Shown here piece after piece: positions 18,780 through 28,341 of a stretch of 64,000 nt of DNA. The DNA comes from Vicinamibacteria bacterium. Its GTDB lineage: Bacteria; Acidobacteriota; Vicinamibacteria; Marinacidobacterales; Marinacidobacteraceae. Positions within the stretch are counted from its first letter, which is position 1. Each line of letters begins with the position of its first letter. The DNA is taken from contig CAXXLQ010000004.1 in NCBI GenBank assembly GCA_963668695.2, positions 1,024,001 to 1,088,000 of the forward strand, written 5' to 3'. The translations under genes and the position numbers were made by a program. The notes beneath the pieces were generated by a model. It was not told the DNA's origin. It searched no databases and saw only the letters and a list, made by a program, of their open reading frames with translations.

Positions 18780-19873
18780 GGCGGACGGCGCGGGCGGCGG
18801 TGCTGCCTGCGCCTGGCCGACCCGTCGAAATCCGGGAGGTTCCCGTCCCGGACCCGGGACCCGGGGAAATCCTGCTGGAGACCCTCGCTTCCGAGGTGTG
18901 TGGCACCGATGTCCACCTCCGGGAGGGTCGTCTCGCCGGAGTTCCTTACCCGATCATTCCCGGCCACGTCAGTGTCGGCCGGGTCATCGAAACCGGCGGA
19001 GTATCCAAGGACGCCGTCGGGAATCCACTGGCGCTCGGAAGCGTGGTGTCCTTCTTCGATGTCCACGCGACCTGCCACGCCTGCTACCAGTGCCTGGTGG
19101 CGCGCCAGCCGAATCGCTGTCCGTCGCGCCGGGTGTACGGCATCACCTATTCCGCGGACGAGGGGCTGCTCGGAGGATGGGCGGACAACATCCTGCTCCT
19201 TCCGGGAGTCCGGACCGTGGTCCTGCCTGACGAACTCTCGGTGGACGACCTCATCGGTGGCGGCTGCGGCCTGTTCACGGGATTTGCGGCGGTGGACCGC
19301 GCCGAGATCCGGCTCGGTGACAGCGTCGTGGTGCAGGGCGTCGGTCCCGTAGGTCTGGCGGCCATCGCTTTCGCCCGGACCTCCGGCGCCGGAACCATCG
19401 TGGCGGTCGGCGAGCCAGCGGCGCGCCGTGACCTCGCGCTCCGCATGGGCGCCGACGACGCCCTCGCACTCTCGGACAGCGATTCCGAGGGACGGGCGGA
19501 AGCGGTACGAGCGGCAACCGCGGGGCGTGGCGCCGACTTGGTGATCGAGGCGAGCGGCAACCCCCTCGCGGTCCCGGAAGGCTTCGCCATGCTCCGCGAC
19601 GGCGGCCGCTACGTCATTGTCGGCCACTACACCGACGCCGGGAGCGTTCCGGTGAACCCCCATGTGGACATCAACCGAAAACATGCGGAGGTCCGGGGCC
19701 AGTGGGGCAGCGAGTTCCACCACTGGACCCGGGCGCTCGACACGCTGGTCCGCTATCGGGACCGCATCCCCTTCGCCTCGGTGATCGGCCGCCGCTACCG
19801 CCTCGAGGAGGCGAACCAGGCGCTCGACGACGTCGAGGCGCTCCGGGTGACCAAGGCGATCATCGTTCCCTGA
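18776..19873 (+). CDS. Zinc-dependent alcohol dehydrogenase
   Basis: CGTD, GH, structural Zn CHACYQC...C and G.GPVG; 4-nt overlap with arsS. Confidence 0.88.
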   Translation: MRRTARAAVLPAPGRPVEIREVPVPDPGPGEILLETLASEVCGTDVHLREGRLAGVPYPIIPGHVSVGRVIETGGVSKDAVGNPLALGSVVSFFDVHATCHACYQCLVARQPNRCPSRRVYGITYSADEGLLGGWADNILLLPGVRTVVLPDELSVDDLIGGGCGLFTGFAAVDRAEIRLGDSVVVQGVGPVGLAAIAFARTSGAGTIVAVGEPAARRDLALRMGADDALALSDSDSEGRAEAVRAATAGRGADLVIEASGNPLAVPEGFAMLRDGGRYVIVGHYTDAGSVPVNPHVDINRKHAEVRGQWGSEFHHWTRALDTLVRYRDRIPFASVIGRRYRLEEANQALDDVEALRVTKAIIVP

Positions 19874-19906
19874 CCGGTTTCGCGCCCGGGCTCGGAGCGG
19901 GCGCGG

Positions 19907-20518
19907 CTACTGCGGATTCCTGATTCGCGCCGGATCGAGGTAGGCGATTTCCCGGCCGCGGCGCGCGAGCGCCGCCTCGCGCTGCTGTTCCCGGGTCCGG
20001 AACATGTCGCGCGCGGGCATGCCGAACGAGTCGCACAGCCGGTCCAGCAAATCCTTCTGCGACACCAGGCGGCCGTCGGGCAGGATGTGCGCGACACAGA
20101 CACCACGCTCCGCCAGCGCGGGAGCTACCAGCATCGCTCGGTGGCAGTTCCCCGGGTCGCGCTCGGCGCAGAGCAGGACCACCCGGGGACCGGCCGCGTG
20201 TTCCGTGACGCATTCGATCCCGCGAAGAAATATGCCGGCCTTCGCCAGACGGCCAAACCGCACTCTCCCCTCTTCGTCATAACAGGAGAGGTCTTTCGAG
20301 CGCGCGCCGAGTTCGGCGCCGAGGAAGAGATAGCGGAAGCCACCTTCCTCAAGCGCTCGCTGGAGGGGGCGCCGGCTGAACTGTGGATACCGCCGGCTAT
20401 ACGGGACGGAACGGACATCAGCCACGACCGCGACCGAATGCTGCTCGAGCAGCCGCAGAAAGTCCTCGAGAGGATGATTGGAATGGCCGACGGTCAGGAC
20501 CTCGAGCAACCCGCTCAT
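19907..20518 (-). CDS. DUF488 family protein
   Basis: TVGHSN, DVRSVPYSR, LGAELG and LLCAE...CHR motifs. Confidence 0.85.
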   Translation of the reverse strand: MSGLLEVLTVGHSNHPLEDFLRLLEQHSVAVVADVRSVPYSRRYPQFSRRPLQRALEEGGFRYLFLGAELGARSKDLSCYDEEGRVRFGRLAKAGIFLRGIECVTEHAAGPRVVLLCAERDPGNCHRAMLVAPALAERGVCVAHILPDGRLVSQKDLLDRLCDSFGMPARDMFRTREQQREAALARRGREIAYLDPARIRNPQ

Positions 20519-20601
20519 GGCGCCGCGCGGCGAAGCGCGCGCTGCCGCTGGTACGCGTACCATCGCGGTAGCGGGTCTTCGCAGCCCCGGGTGGAAACCG
20601 C

Positions 20602-21513
20602 GTGATGGCCAAACCGCGGCGTCGGGAGGAACCGGAAAACCTCGCCCGCGTGCGCGGCAGCCAGACCGCCGAGCTCGTCGCCGCCGCGCGGACAGGACAC
20701 TTCGCCAGGGCGGCACGCCCTCTGGTCATCGAGGATCCCTTTGCGATCCACCGCGCCGGCGACCGCTGGCGGCGGGTGATCGGTTCGGACTTCCGCCATT
20801 GGCTGGTTACGCGCGTGCTGCTCCGGAAGGTCAGCCCGACGACCACCTACGTTCTCATCAGGGCGCGGTTCACCGACGACCGCGTCCTGCGAGCAGCGGA
20901 GCGGGGGGTTCGGCAACTCGTGATCCTGGGGGCGGGGTTCGACACGTTCGCGCTCCGGTACCCCGATCTGGGTATCGACGTATTTGAGGTGGACCTGGCC
21001 GCGAGCGGGGCCCTGAAACGGAAACGGCTGGCGGCCGCCGACATACCGGTTCCTGAGCACCTTCATTTCGTGAACGTGGATTTCGAGCGCGACGATCTCG
21101 GCGAGCACCTCATCGCCGCCGGCTTTCGTCCTTCCGAACCGGCTTTCTTCAGCTGGATGGGAGTGACCTACTACCTCGCTCACGAGGCCGTGCCGGGCAC
21201 CCTCGCACAGGTCAGCGCCCTTGCCGCTCCCCAATCCGAATTGGCTTTCGATTACCTGAACGCCCGGGATTTCGTTGCTGCGAAAGACCTCGCGCTGTTC
21301 GACAGCATGCCCCGCTTCGTCAAGAAACACGGCGAACCGATGATCACAAACTTCGACCCCGGGACGGTTGTGCAGCAGGTGGGACTCGGCGACGGCTGGG
21401 AAGTACTCGAACATGCGTCTCCGGCCGAGGACCCGAAGCGCCATCTGGGGGAGCGTACCGACCTGCCGCGGGTAGCGCCCCTCTTCCGCCTGCTTCATTT
21501 ACGGCGACGGTAG
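20602..21513 (+). CDS. SAM-dependent methyltransferase (LCM-like)
   Basis: RARFTDD, QLVILGAGFDTFA.R, FEVD and WMGVTYYL motifs. Confidence 0.88.
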   Translation: MMAKPRRREEPENLARVRGSQTAELVAAARTGHFARAARPLVIEDPFAIHRAGDRWRRVIGSDFRHWLVTRVLLRKVSPTTTYVLIRARFTDDRVLRAAERGVRQLVILGAGFDTFALRYPDLGIDVFEVDLAASGALKRKRLAAADIPVPEHLHFVNVDFERDDLGEHLIAAGFRPSEPAFFSWMGVTYYLAHEAVPGTLAQVSALAAPQSELAFDYLNARDFVAAKDLALFDSMPRFVKKHGEPMITNFDPGTVVQQVGLGDGWEVLEHASPAEDPKRHLGERTDLPRVAPLFRLLHLRRR

Positions 21514-21562
21514 GGGCTGCGAGGCGGACAACGATGTGCCGCCCGCGGGCCTTCGGCCGGCT

Positions 21563-21848
21563 GTGCCGACCGGAGGTCGGCGCTCCAAGCCGTCCGCGCG
21601 CTTTTTCTCGGTCGGCGGTACGCGGCTTCGCGGCCCTGCGGCCCGCGGTGCCGGTCTGATCTGAAGGGCCCCACCGGGAGAAACCCCCATGATCGGGTCC
21701 TGCTGCACACTTGGCCCGTCATGAAAGTGCAGTTCCTGAGTTTGCCGGGCCGCCTCTACGTTTGGGGTCCACGCCGAGACGGGAACCGTCCCGGCGTTGG
21801 GCTTCTTCACGCCGCGGCCCTGCGGGCCGCTGTGCCGACCAGAGGTCT
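21563..21848. repeat. Degenerate REP-like hairpin repeats
   Basis: gccgacc-gga-ggtcggc-gctcca at 21565; a related tgtgccgaccagaggtc near 21832; gcggccctgcgg occurs twice. Confidence 0.45.
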
Positions 21849-22041
21849 ATACCTTTCCGGGCATCACATTTTCATGGGGCAGACACCTTGCGAACGAATG
21901 GCGCCGGACGGGGTGCGTTGGGGCGCGGCAGGTAGCCGGGAGGCGGTGTCAAGAGGAGGAAGGCGGCGAAGGTTCCGGCGTTCCCTTGCCGGCGTCCCGT
22001 GAGGGTGAGCGACGGAGAGCTGAACGAGCAAGAAAACAACC

Positions 22042-22212
22042 GGCAGCGAACTCCGTTCGCTGCCCGCGTGTTCGGGGGAAAGTGTGAAAGGGGGAAAACT
22101 CCCCCTTTCACAAGAAAACAACGACCAATCGGAACTCGCCGCCGCGCGCCGCAGGCGCGCAAGGGAGTTCCGATTGCCGGCGCGCAGCGCCGGGCGGACC
22201 GCAAGGGGGGCG
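22042..22212. other. Multi-hairpin non-coding element downstream of tRNA-His
   Basis: Stems ggcagcgaac/gttcgctgcc, tgtgaaaggggg/ccccctttcaca (22083-22112) and caatcggaactc/gagttccgattg. Confidence 0.5.
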
Positions 22213-22280
22213 CACCTGAAACCAAATCGGTCTCCCGCCCCAATCCTTGACTACGCGCCCCCCTTGCGGCCCGCTCGACG

Positions 22281-22353
22281 GGTGGATGAGGGGACTCGAA
22301 CCCCCAACCACCGGAACCACAATCCGGCGCTCTACCATTGAGCTACATCCACC
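22281..22353 (-). tRNA. tRNA-His(GTG)
   Basis: Reverse complement G-GTGGATGTAGCTCA...CCGGA-TTGTGGT-TCCGG...GGTTCGAGTCCC; G-1 present, CCA not encoded. Confidence 0.93.
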
Positions 22354-22378
22354 ACCAACGAAGGAAGTAGCGGCCGGT

Positions 22379-22455
22379 TGGCGCGCCAGGGAGGATTCGA
22401 ACCCCCGACCCGCGGCTTAGAAGGCCGCCGCTCTATCCTACTGAGCTACTGGCGC
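22379..22455 (-). tRNA. tRNA-Arg(TCT)
   Basis: Reverse complement GCGCCAGTAGCTCAG...GCGGC-CTTCTAA-GCCGC...GGCGCGCCA. Confidence 0.95.
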
Positions 22456-22504
22456 TCCCGCGCTTTGTGATCGGACCCGGCCCTGAGCAGTCGCGGAGCG
22501 CCCG

Positions 22505-22578
22505 TCGGGGCGAGAGGATTTGAACCTCCGGCTTCCTGCTCCCAAAGCAGGCGCGCTGCCAGACTGCGCCACGCCCCG
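22505..22578 (-). tRNA. tRNA-Pro(TGG)
   Basis: Reverse complement CGGGGCGTGGCGCAG...CCTGC-TTTGGGA-GCAGG...GGTTCAAATCC. Confidence 0.95.
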
Positions 22579-22583
22579 AGAAA

Positions 22584-23234
22584 CTACGAGATTATAGGCG
22601 GCTCGGCGGCGAGAGCCGCCACCAGGAACCGTCGTACGGGGCGGAGCGCCCGGCCGCGATGGCTGATCCGCTCTTTCTGCGCGAGGCTTAGTTCCGCCAT
22701 CGTCTTCCCGTATTCGGGCACGACGAACACCGGGTCGTAGCCGAAGCCTCCGCTGCCGCGGGGAACCGTCGCGATTTCTCCCCCTACGGTCCCGGTAGAG
22801 CGGAAGACGATGCGTCCCCCAACGGCGATGGCTACGGCCGATCGGTATCGGGCTCCCCGTCTGGTGGCGGGGTCCCCGTTTACGAGCTCGAGCAGGCGGC
22901 GGTTCTTCTCCTGGTACGGCGTTTCCCGGCCCAACCACCGCGAAGACCGAACGCCAGGTCCGCCGTCCAGGGCGTCCACCTCAAGACCGGAATCCTCCGC
23001 GAGCGCGATGAGGCCGGTCGTCGCCTGATAATGGAGAGCTTTGATACCGGCGTTGGCGAGGAATCCCTCCCCCGTTTCCTCTGGCTCCTCGGGCAGGGAT
23101 CCAGCGATATCTCCGAGGCCCAGAAGGCGGACGCCCGTCCCGGCAAGAGCTGCCCGCATCTCTCGCACCTTGCCGGTGTTTCCGGTTGCGAGCAGGACCT
23201 GTGGCTCGCTCGCAGATGCGCGATGCGTTCCCAC
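22584..23234 (-). CDS. rdgB: Non-canonical purine NTP pyrophosphatase
   Basis: ATGNTGK, EDSGLEVDALDGGPGVRS, GFGYDPVF and ISHRG motifs. Confidence 0.93.
   Translation of the reverse strand: MGTHRASASEPQVLLATGNTGKVREMRAALAGTGVRLLGLGDIAGSLPEEPEETGEGFLANAGIKALHYQATTGLIALAEDSGLEVDALDGGPGVRSSRWLGRETPYQEKNRRLLELVNGDPATRRGARYRSAVAIAVGGRIVFRSTGTVGGEIATVPRGSGGFGYDPVFVVPEYGKTMAELSLAQKERISHRGRALRPVRRFLVAALAAEPPIIS
22591..22596 (-). promoter_or_regulatory. Candidate -10 box for the tRNA Pro-Arg-His cluster
   Basis: Perfect TATAAT on the minus strand 12 nt upstream of tRNA-Pro in a GC-rich context; no clear -35. Confidence 0.4.
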
Positions 23235-23240
23235 GAGCCG

Positions 23241-23975
23241 TCAGTCCCCGTCCGGCATGGGAATTCCGGCCAGCACCGCCCGCTGCCGCGCGGCGAGGGT
23301 CGCAATTCCCCCAAGGGCCACGTCGAGGAGTTCGTTCAGGGTTTCCCGCCGGAACGGGGCAGCTTCGGCGGCACCCTGGACTTCGATCAACTCGCCGTCG
23401 GCCGTTGCCACCACGGTGAGATCCACCGCCGCCCGGGAATCCTCGGAATAGTCGAGGTCGAGGAGCACCTCTCCGCCAACCACCCCAACGCTTACCGCCG
23501 CGACCTGGCGGCGCAACGGATTCTCGGGCAGATCGCCGCGGCTCCGGAGCCGGTGGAAGGCCAGGGCCAGCGCGACGAAGGCCCCGGTTATGGAAGCGGT
23601 CCGGGTGCCGCCGTCGGCTTCGATGACGTCGCAGTCCACTCGAACGGTCCGTTCTCCCAACCGCGAGAGGTCCACCGCCGCTCGAAGCGAGCGGCCGATG
23701 AGCCGCTGGATCTCCGCGGTACGCCCGGGAACCCCATTCCGATCCCGCCGGATTCGTTCTCCCGAAGAGAGCGGAAGCATCCCGTATTCGGCGCTCAGCC
23801 AGCCGCGACCTCTACCCCGGAGCCACCCCGGCACACCGTCTTCGATGCTGACCGCCGCAACCACCCGGGTATCTCCCTGTCGAACGAGGATCGAACCGGG
23901 GGCGCGCCGTAAGAAACCTGTCTGAAGCCCGAGGTCACGGATCTCCCGCGCCCCTCGGCCGCCACGCCGTTTCAC
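23241..23975 (-). CDS. rph: Ribonuclease PH
   Basis: AEYGMLP, EIQRLIGRSLRA, ADGGTRTASITG and LDLDYSED motifs. Confidence 0.96.
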   Translation of the reverse strand: MKRRGGRGAREIRDLGLQTGFLRRAPGSILVRQGDTRVVAAVSIEDGVPGWLRGRGRGWLSAEYGMLPLSSGERIRRDRNGVPGRTAEIQRLIGRSLRAAVDLSRLGERTVRVDCDVIEADGGTRTASITGAFVALALAFHRLRSRGDLPENPLRRQVAAVSVGVVGGEVLLDLDYSEDSRAAVDLTVVATADGELIEVQGAAEAAPFRRETLNELLDVALGGIATLAARQRAVLAGIPMPDGD

Positions 23976-24589
23976 CCGCGACCGCCGTCTGGATCCGCCA
24001 GCAGCCGTTCCGGGGCCCGCCCGAATCCCGACCGGAGATCAAGGTGCCCAGCGAGGGTTTCGGTCTCTCGTCCCTCGACGAGGAGCCGGACCTCAGCAAT
24101 TGCCGGAAGGCTCTCCACCAGGGTGTGACTCAGGCTGTACACGGTCAATTCCTCGGCGTGCAACCCGCCGGAGTGTCCCTCCAGCAAATCGAGTGTGAAG
24201 TTGATGACGGCGATACCGCGACCGCTCACGAACACATCCAGAACCTGTACACCCTCTGGAAAAGTCCCCGACTCTTCGACGATCTTCTGCACCAGCGCCT
24301 CGGCGCGACCGCGGGTGGTAGGGACGCGGGGTAGCTCCACTTCCCGGGCGTGAAGGAGGCCGTCTGCGCCAGCCGCGAACAGCTTTGCTGTGTCCAGGAC
24401 TTCCTGATCCTGAACCTGGAGAGCCTCCGCGGGTTCCGGGAGGGCCGGGGAAACCGACGCCAGGTCTTCCGAAGCCGGAGCGGAGTCAGATTCGTCGGCC
24501 GGAACAACCCCACACGCGGCGAGCCCCCAAGAAACTGCGGCCGCGAGCAGCACCGCCCGCAGAAACCCGTCGCACCCTCCGGGTTTCAA
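23972..24589 (-). CDS. GerMN domain lipoprotein
   Basis: Lipobox LAAC; EELTVYSL..TL...VRLLVEG...ETLAGHLDL. Confidence 0.8.
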   Translation of the reverse strand: MKPGGCDGFLRAVLLAAAVSWGLAACGVVPADESDSAPASEDLASVSPALPEPAEALQVQDQEVLDTAKLFAAGADGLLHAREVELPRVPTTRGRAEALVQKIVEESGTFPEGVQVLDVFVSGRGIAVINFTLDLLEGHSGGLHAEELTVYSLSHTLVESLPAIAEVRLLVEGRETETLAGHLDLRSGFGRAPERLLADPDGGRG

Positions 24590-26085
24590 CGCACGTCTCC
24601 CGTCGGGCGAAAGCTCGTCAGTGAGCGCTGGTAGCGGAGAATCCCGGCGACCAGCGCTCGCGCCGCCTCGGTCGGGAATCCCGGATTCGACAGCCGCGGG
24701 AGATCGCGGGCCGACGTGACAAAACCGAGTTCCACCTGCACGGCTGGCATCGCCGCTCCCCGTAGAACCCTCACGGGAGCATCGGCGACACCGCCCGCGG
24801 CGATTTCCAGTCCTTCCAGTTCCGTGGCAAGCGCCTCGGCAAGCGCCCGCGACGCCGGAACAAACCGGGCCTGGGCGCTGTTCCACGGCACGAAGTGAAC
24901 TGCATTCCCTGCCGGCGGACGGCCGGACGCCTGCGGGGTGAGGTGGTACACGAGGCTCCCGGAAGCGGCCGGACTCGGCGAGGCGTTCAGGTGGATACTG
25001 ATCAACAGGTCGGCGCGGGCGGTATTGGCTGCCGCGATCCGGTCGTCGAGCGCGACATCGCGGTCCGCATCCCGGGTCAGCACCACCCGAAATCCATGCT
25101 GCCGCTCAAGCACATCACCAAGCGCGAGCGCTACTGACAGGGCCACGTCCTTCTCGGTCACTCCCCCGCGACCGGCGGCCCCGCGATTGGTTCCTCCGTG
25201 GCCCGGATCGATGGCGATGGTGCGGATTTCGGTGGGCCCGACCGGGTCCCGGCGACGGCGTGCTTCCGGCGCCGGCCGCACCGCCAGCACATCGGCTCCG
25301 GACGCGGCGCGGACTCCGGCTCGGATCAAATTGAGCGTCAGGGTGCCCGGGGTTCGTTCCTGGAGGAAGCGCCCGTAGTTGCGCCCGGTCGTGATCTCGA
25401 GAATGTAGCCACTCCCGCGCCGGATGAGATGCACACGATCCACAACGCCGTCCCGCGGCGTTTCATCGGAGAAGGAAGTCTCGACGAATGCCGTCTGCAC
25501 CAGAACCGAAACACGGCGTGGCCCTTCTTCGATGTCCAGCGGGACGGGAGGGTTCGTGCGCACAATCACCCGGGTGGATCCCGGGCGGCTCGCGATTTCG
25601 ACGTCGAGTTGCGGGTACCCCTCCCCCACCGCCAGGGTCCTCGCGTTCCCGTCGTACCGCGTCCGGCCAGGGAGGATGTCCGGCAGAACCAGCGACACGA
25701 AGTCGAGCGGCACGAACCACTCACCGCCACGCCGAACGCTCGGATTTCGCAGGACACGGGTCGCGCCTCCCACCCGGACGAAACTGCGTCCGGCATCGAA
25801 GCGAACCGTCTCGCCCCGAAGGCGGAGCACCGCTTGCCGCTCACTCTCTCCCGGTCGCACGGTGCCGCCCAGGGCTGCGGCGACCTCGGCGAGCCGCACC
25901 ATCTCGACGCCTCCGAGTCGCCGCACGGCGAGGGCGGAGGCATCACCCTGGTCGATGATCCAGAGCTCGGGAGACCGCTGAGCGGCGGGGGCGAGAGGGC
26001 TCGCCGCGGAGGCCGAGATCCAGACAGAACCCACCAATCCCAGTGCGAGGAAGAACAACCCGAAACGGAAGGCGCCGCGACGCAT
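24586..26085 (-). CDS. N-acetylmuramoyl-L-alanine amidase
   Basis: Signal peptide; IDPGHGG, EK, LTRD, ISIHLN and VELGF motifs. Confidence 0.92.
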   Translation of the reverse strand: MRRGAFRFGLFFLALGLVGSVWISASAASPLAPAAQRSPELWIIDQGDASALAVRRLGGVEMVRLAEVAAALGGTVRPGESERQAVLRLRGETVRFDAGRSFVRVGGATRVLRNPSVRRGGEWFVPLDFVSLVLPDILPGRTRYDGNARTLAVGEGYPQLDVEIASRPGSTRVIVRTNPPVPLDIEEGPRRVSVLVQTAFVETSFSDETPRDGVVDRVHLIRRGSGYILEITTGRNYGRFLQERTPGTLTLNLIRAGVRAASGADVLAVRPAPEARRRRDPVGPTEIRTIAIDPGHGGTNRGAAGRGGVTEKDVALSVALALGDVLERQHGFRVVLTRDADRDVALDDRIAAANTARADLLISIHLNASPSPAASGSLVYHLTPQASGRPPAGNAVHFVPWNSAQARFVPASRALAEALATELEGLEIAAGGVADAPVRVLRGAAMPAVQVELGFVTSARDLPRLSNPGFPTEAARALVAGILRYQRSLTSFRPTGDVR

Positions 26086-26194
26086 GAAAGGCAGCCGGAA
26101 AACCCTTGAAGTGACAGAATAGCGTTTCGCCGTTCGCGGAATGGCACCGCTGGCAGGGGTCATGCGGGGCGTTGCCGTAGAATCCGCCGCCTTC

Positions 26195-27529
26195 ATGACA
26201 AAAACGGGATTTACGGTTCAACCCGCAGACGGTGGCCTCATCGTGCTGCTCCCCGGCCTTGGGGCAGTCAGCACGACGTTCATCGCTGGAATTCACGCGA
26301 TTCGCAAGGGGCTTGCCGCACCCATCGGGTCGGTGACCCAGATGGCAACGATCCGGCTGGGCAAGCGCACGGAAGGTCGGACCCCCCTGATTCGGGACTT
26401 CGTTCCCATCGTCCCGATCGAGGATCTTTCCTTCGCGGCGTGGGACCTGTTCGAGGACGATGCCTATACCGCGGCGCAGAAGGCCGGGGTACTCGAACCG
26501 GCGCTGCTCGATGCGGTCCGGGAGGAACTGGCGGAAATCCGTCCGATGCCGGCGGTCTTCGATCGCGATTTCGTGAAGAATCTCGACGGCTCGTTCGTCA
26601 AGTCGGGCGCCACCAAGATGGACCTGGCGGACCAGCTCATCGAGGACATCGAGCGTGTCCGGAAAGCATCGGGGGCCGCGCGGGCGGTGATGATCTGGTG
26701 CGGCTCAACGGAGACCTTCCTGGCCGAGGCGCCTGTCCACCGGGACCTCGAGAGCTTCGAGGAGGGGCTCCGCACCAATTCGCCCGATATCGCACCCAGC
26801 ATGATCTATGCGTACGCGGCTCTGCGCTGCGGGGTCCCCTACGCGAACGGGGCTCCGAACCTCAGCGCCGACATTCCGGCACTTCGTGAACTGGCGTCGG
26901 CCCGTGGCGTCCCGGTAGGCGGCAAGGATTTCAAGACCGGGCAAACGCTCATGAAGACGATCCTGGCCCCCGGGCTGAAGGCCAGGATGCTCGGCCTGCA
27001 CGGCTGGTTCTCCACGAACATCCTCGGCAATCGGGACGGCGAGGTGCTTGATGATCCCGGTTCTTTCAAGACCAAGGAAGAAAGCAAGCTGAGCGTGCTG
27101 GAGTACATCCTCCAGCCGGACATGTATCCCGACCTGTACGGCCACTTCTACCACAAGGTGCGCATCAACTATTACCCGCCCCGGCGCGACAACAAGGAAG
27201 GTTGGGACAACATCGACATCTTCGGCTGGCTCGGCTACGAAATGCAGATCAAGGTGGATTTCCTCTGCCGCGATTCCATCCTCGCCGCCCCGCTCGTGCT
27301 CGATCTCGCCCTCTTCCTCGACCTCGCCTCGCGCGCCGGTCTCCGTGGGATCCAGGAGTGGTTGTCGTTCTTCTTCAAGAGTCCCATGAGCCCGCCGGGG
27401 GTGTATCCGGAACACGACCTCTTCATCCAGCGAAAGAAGATGACCAATACGCTTCGTTATCTCATGGGAGAAGAGGTCATCAGCCACCTCGGCGAATACA
27501 CTCTGGAGACGAGGGAAACGTCGGACTGA
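26195..27529 (+). CDS. ino1: Inositol-3-phosphate synthase
   Basis: GLGAV, GKDFKTGQT, NILGNRDG, DNKEGWD and RDSILAAP motifs. Confidence 0.93.
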   Translation: MTKTGFTVQPADGGLIVLLPGLGAVSTTFIAGIHAIRKGLAAPIGSVTQMATIRLGKRTEGRTPLIRDFVPIVPIEDLSFAAWDLFEDDAYTAAQKAGVLEPALLDAVREELAEIRPMPAVFDRDFVKNLDGSFVKSGATKMDLADQLIEDIERVRKASGAARAVMIWCGSTETFLAEAPVHRDLESFEEGLRTNSPDIAPSMIYAYAALRCGVPYANGAPNLSADIPALRELASARGVPVGGKDFKTGQTLMKTILAPGLKARMLGLHGWFSTNILGNRDGEVLDDPGSFKTKEESKLSVLEYILQPDMYPDLYGHFYHKVRINYYPPRRDNKEGWDNIDIFGWLGYEMQIKVDFLCRDSILAAPLVLDLALFLDLASRAGLRGIQEWLSFFFKSPMSPPGVYPEHDLFIQRKKMTNTLRYLMGEEVISHLGEYTLETRETSD

Positions 27530-27532
27530 TCC

Positions 27533-28324
27533 ATGCAGATCTCGAAGAGTCGCTGCGTCGGCTGCGGGAACTGCGTAGCGGTCTGTCCGGTGTCGGCCAT
27601 CAGTATCGGTGACGACGGGCGGGCGGTGGTGAACAGCGACCAGTGCGTCGAGTGCTACACCTGCTACCGCGGGCTCAGCACCGAGCGGCTGAACCCAACG
27701 CTCATCCGAACCGTCCGGCGGGTACTCGGCTGGGTGCGACTCCGCTTCGACCCGGAGCCGGACATTTGTCCGACATCGGCGATCGAACCCGAGGAACTCG
27801 CATGGCCGCGCGTGGTGCGACGCGCCTTCAGCGATCCGCTCGTTTCCCACGAGGCCACCGGCGTCCACGGCCGGGGGACCGAGGAAGTCAAGACGAACGA
27901 CGTGACCGGCAGAGTCTCGGTCGGCGAATGCGGGATGACGGTGGAGTTCGGCCGACCCGGGGTGACCGCAAGTTTCGCCGACATGGACCGGGTTACCCGT
28001 CGGCTGGCGGCGCTCGGCGTGCACTTCGAGCAGAAAAATCCCGTCACCAACCTGATGAGCGACGTTGCGACCGGCGCGATCCGGGAGGATCTGCTCGGCG
28101 AACGGGTCCTTTCGGCAATCGTGGAAATCAAGGTCAACCTGGACCAGGTTCCCGCGGTGATGAAGGAAGTGGAGGCTGCCGCCGCCGATTCGGAGACGAT
28201 CATTTCCGTGGGCGCCGCCACTCGCTGCGGCCCGGACGGCGAGGACACCCTCGGGGCGCTGCTGCGCGAGCACGGATACACCGCTTTTCGGGGCAAGACC
28301 AACCTCGGGCTCGGCCGGGCGTAG
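27533..28324 (+). CDS. 4Fe-4S binding protein with an uncharacterised C-terminal domain
   Basis: CVGCGNCVAVCP and CVECYTC...CP; GRGTEEVKTNDVTGR block. Confidence 0.8.
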   Translation: MQISKSRCVGCGNCVAVCPVSAISIGDDGRAVVNSDQCVECYTCYRGLSTERLNPTLIRTVRRVLGWVRLRFDPEPDICPTSAIEPEELAWPRVVRRAFSDPLVSHEATGVHGRGTEEVKTNDVTGRVSVGECGMTVEFGRPGVTASFADMDRVTRRLAALGVHFEQKNPVTNLMSDVATGAIREDLLGERVLSAIVEIKVNLDQVPAVMKEVEAAAADSETIISVGAATRCGPDGEDTLGALLREHGYTAFRGKTNLGLGRA

Positions 28325-28341
28325 CCGCCGGGGGAGCGCCC

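Noticed and set aside
20602-21513. Methyltransferase as the missing ArsM
   Set aside because: Motifs are LCM-type and it lacks the Cys residues ArsM needs for arsenic binding.
21516-22578. Prophage or integrative element at the tRNA cluster
   Set aside because: No integrase and no duplicated tRNA 3' end was seen in the window.
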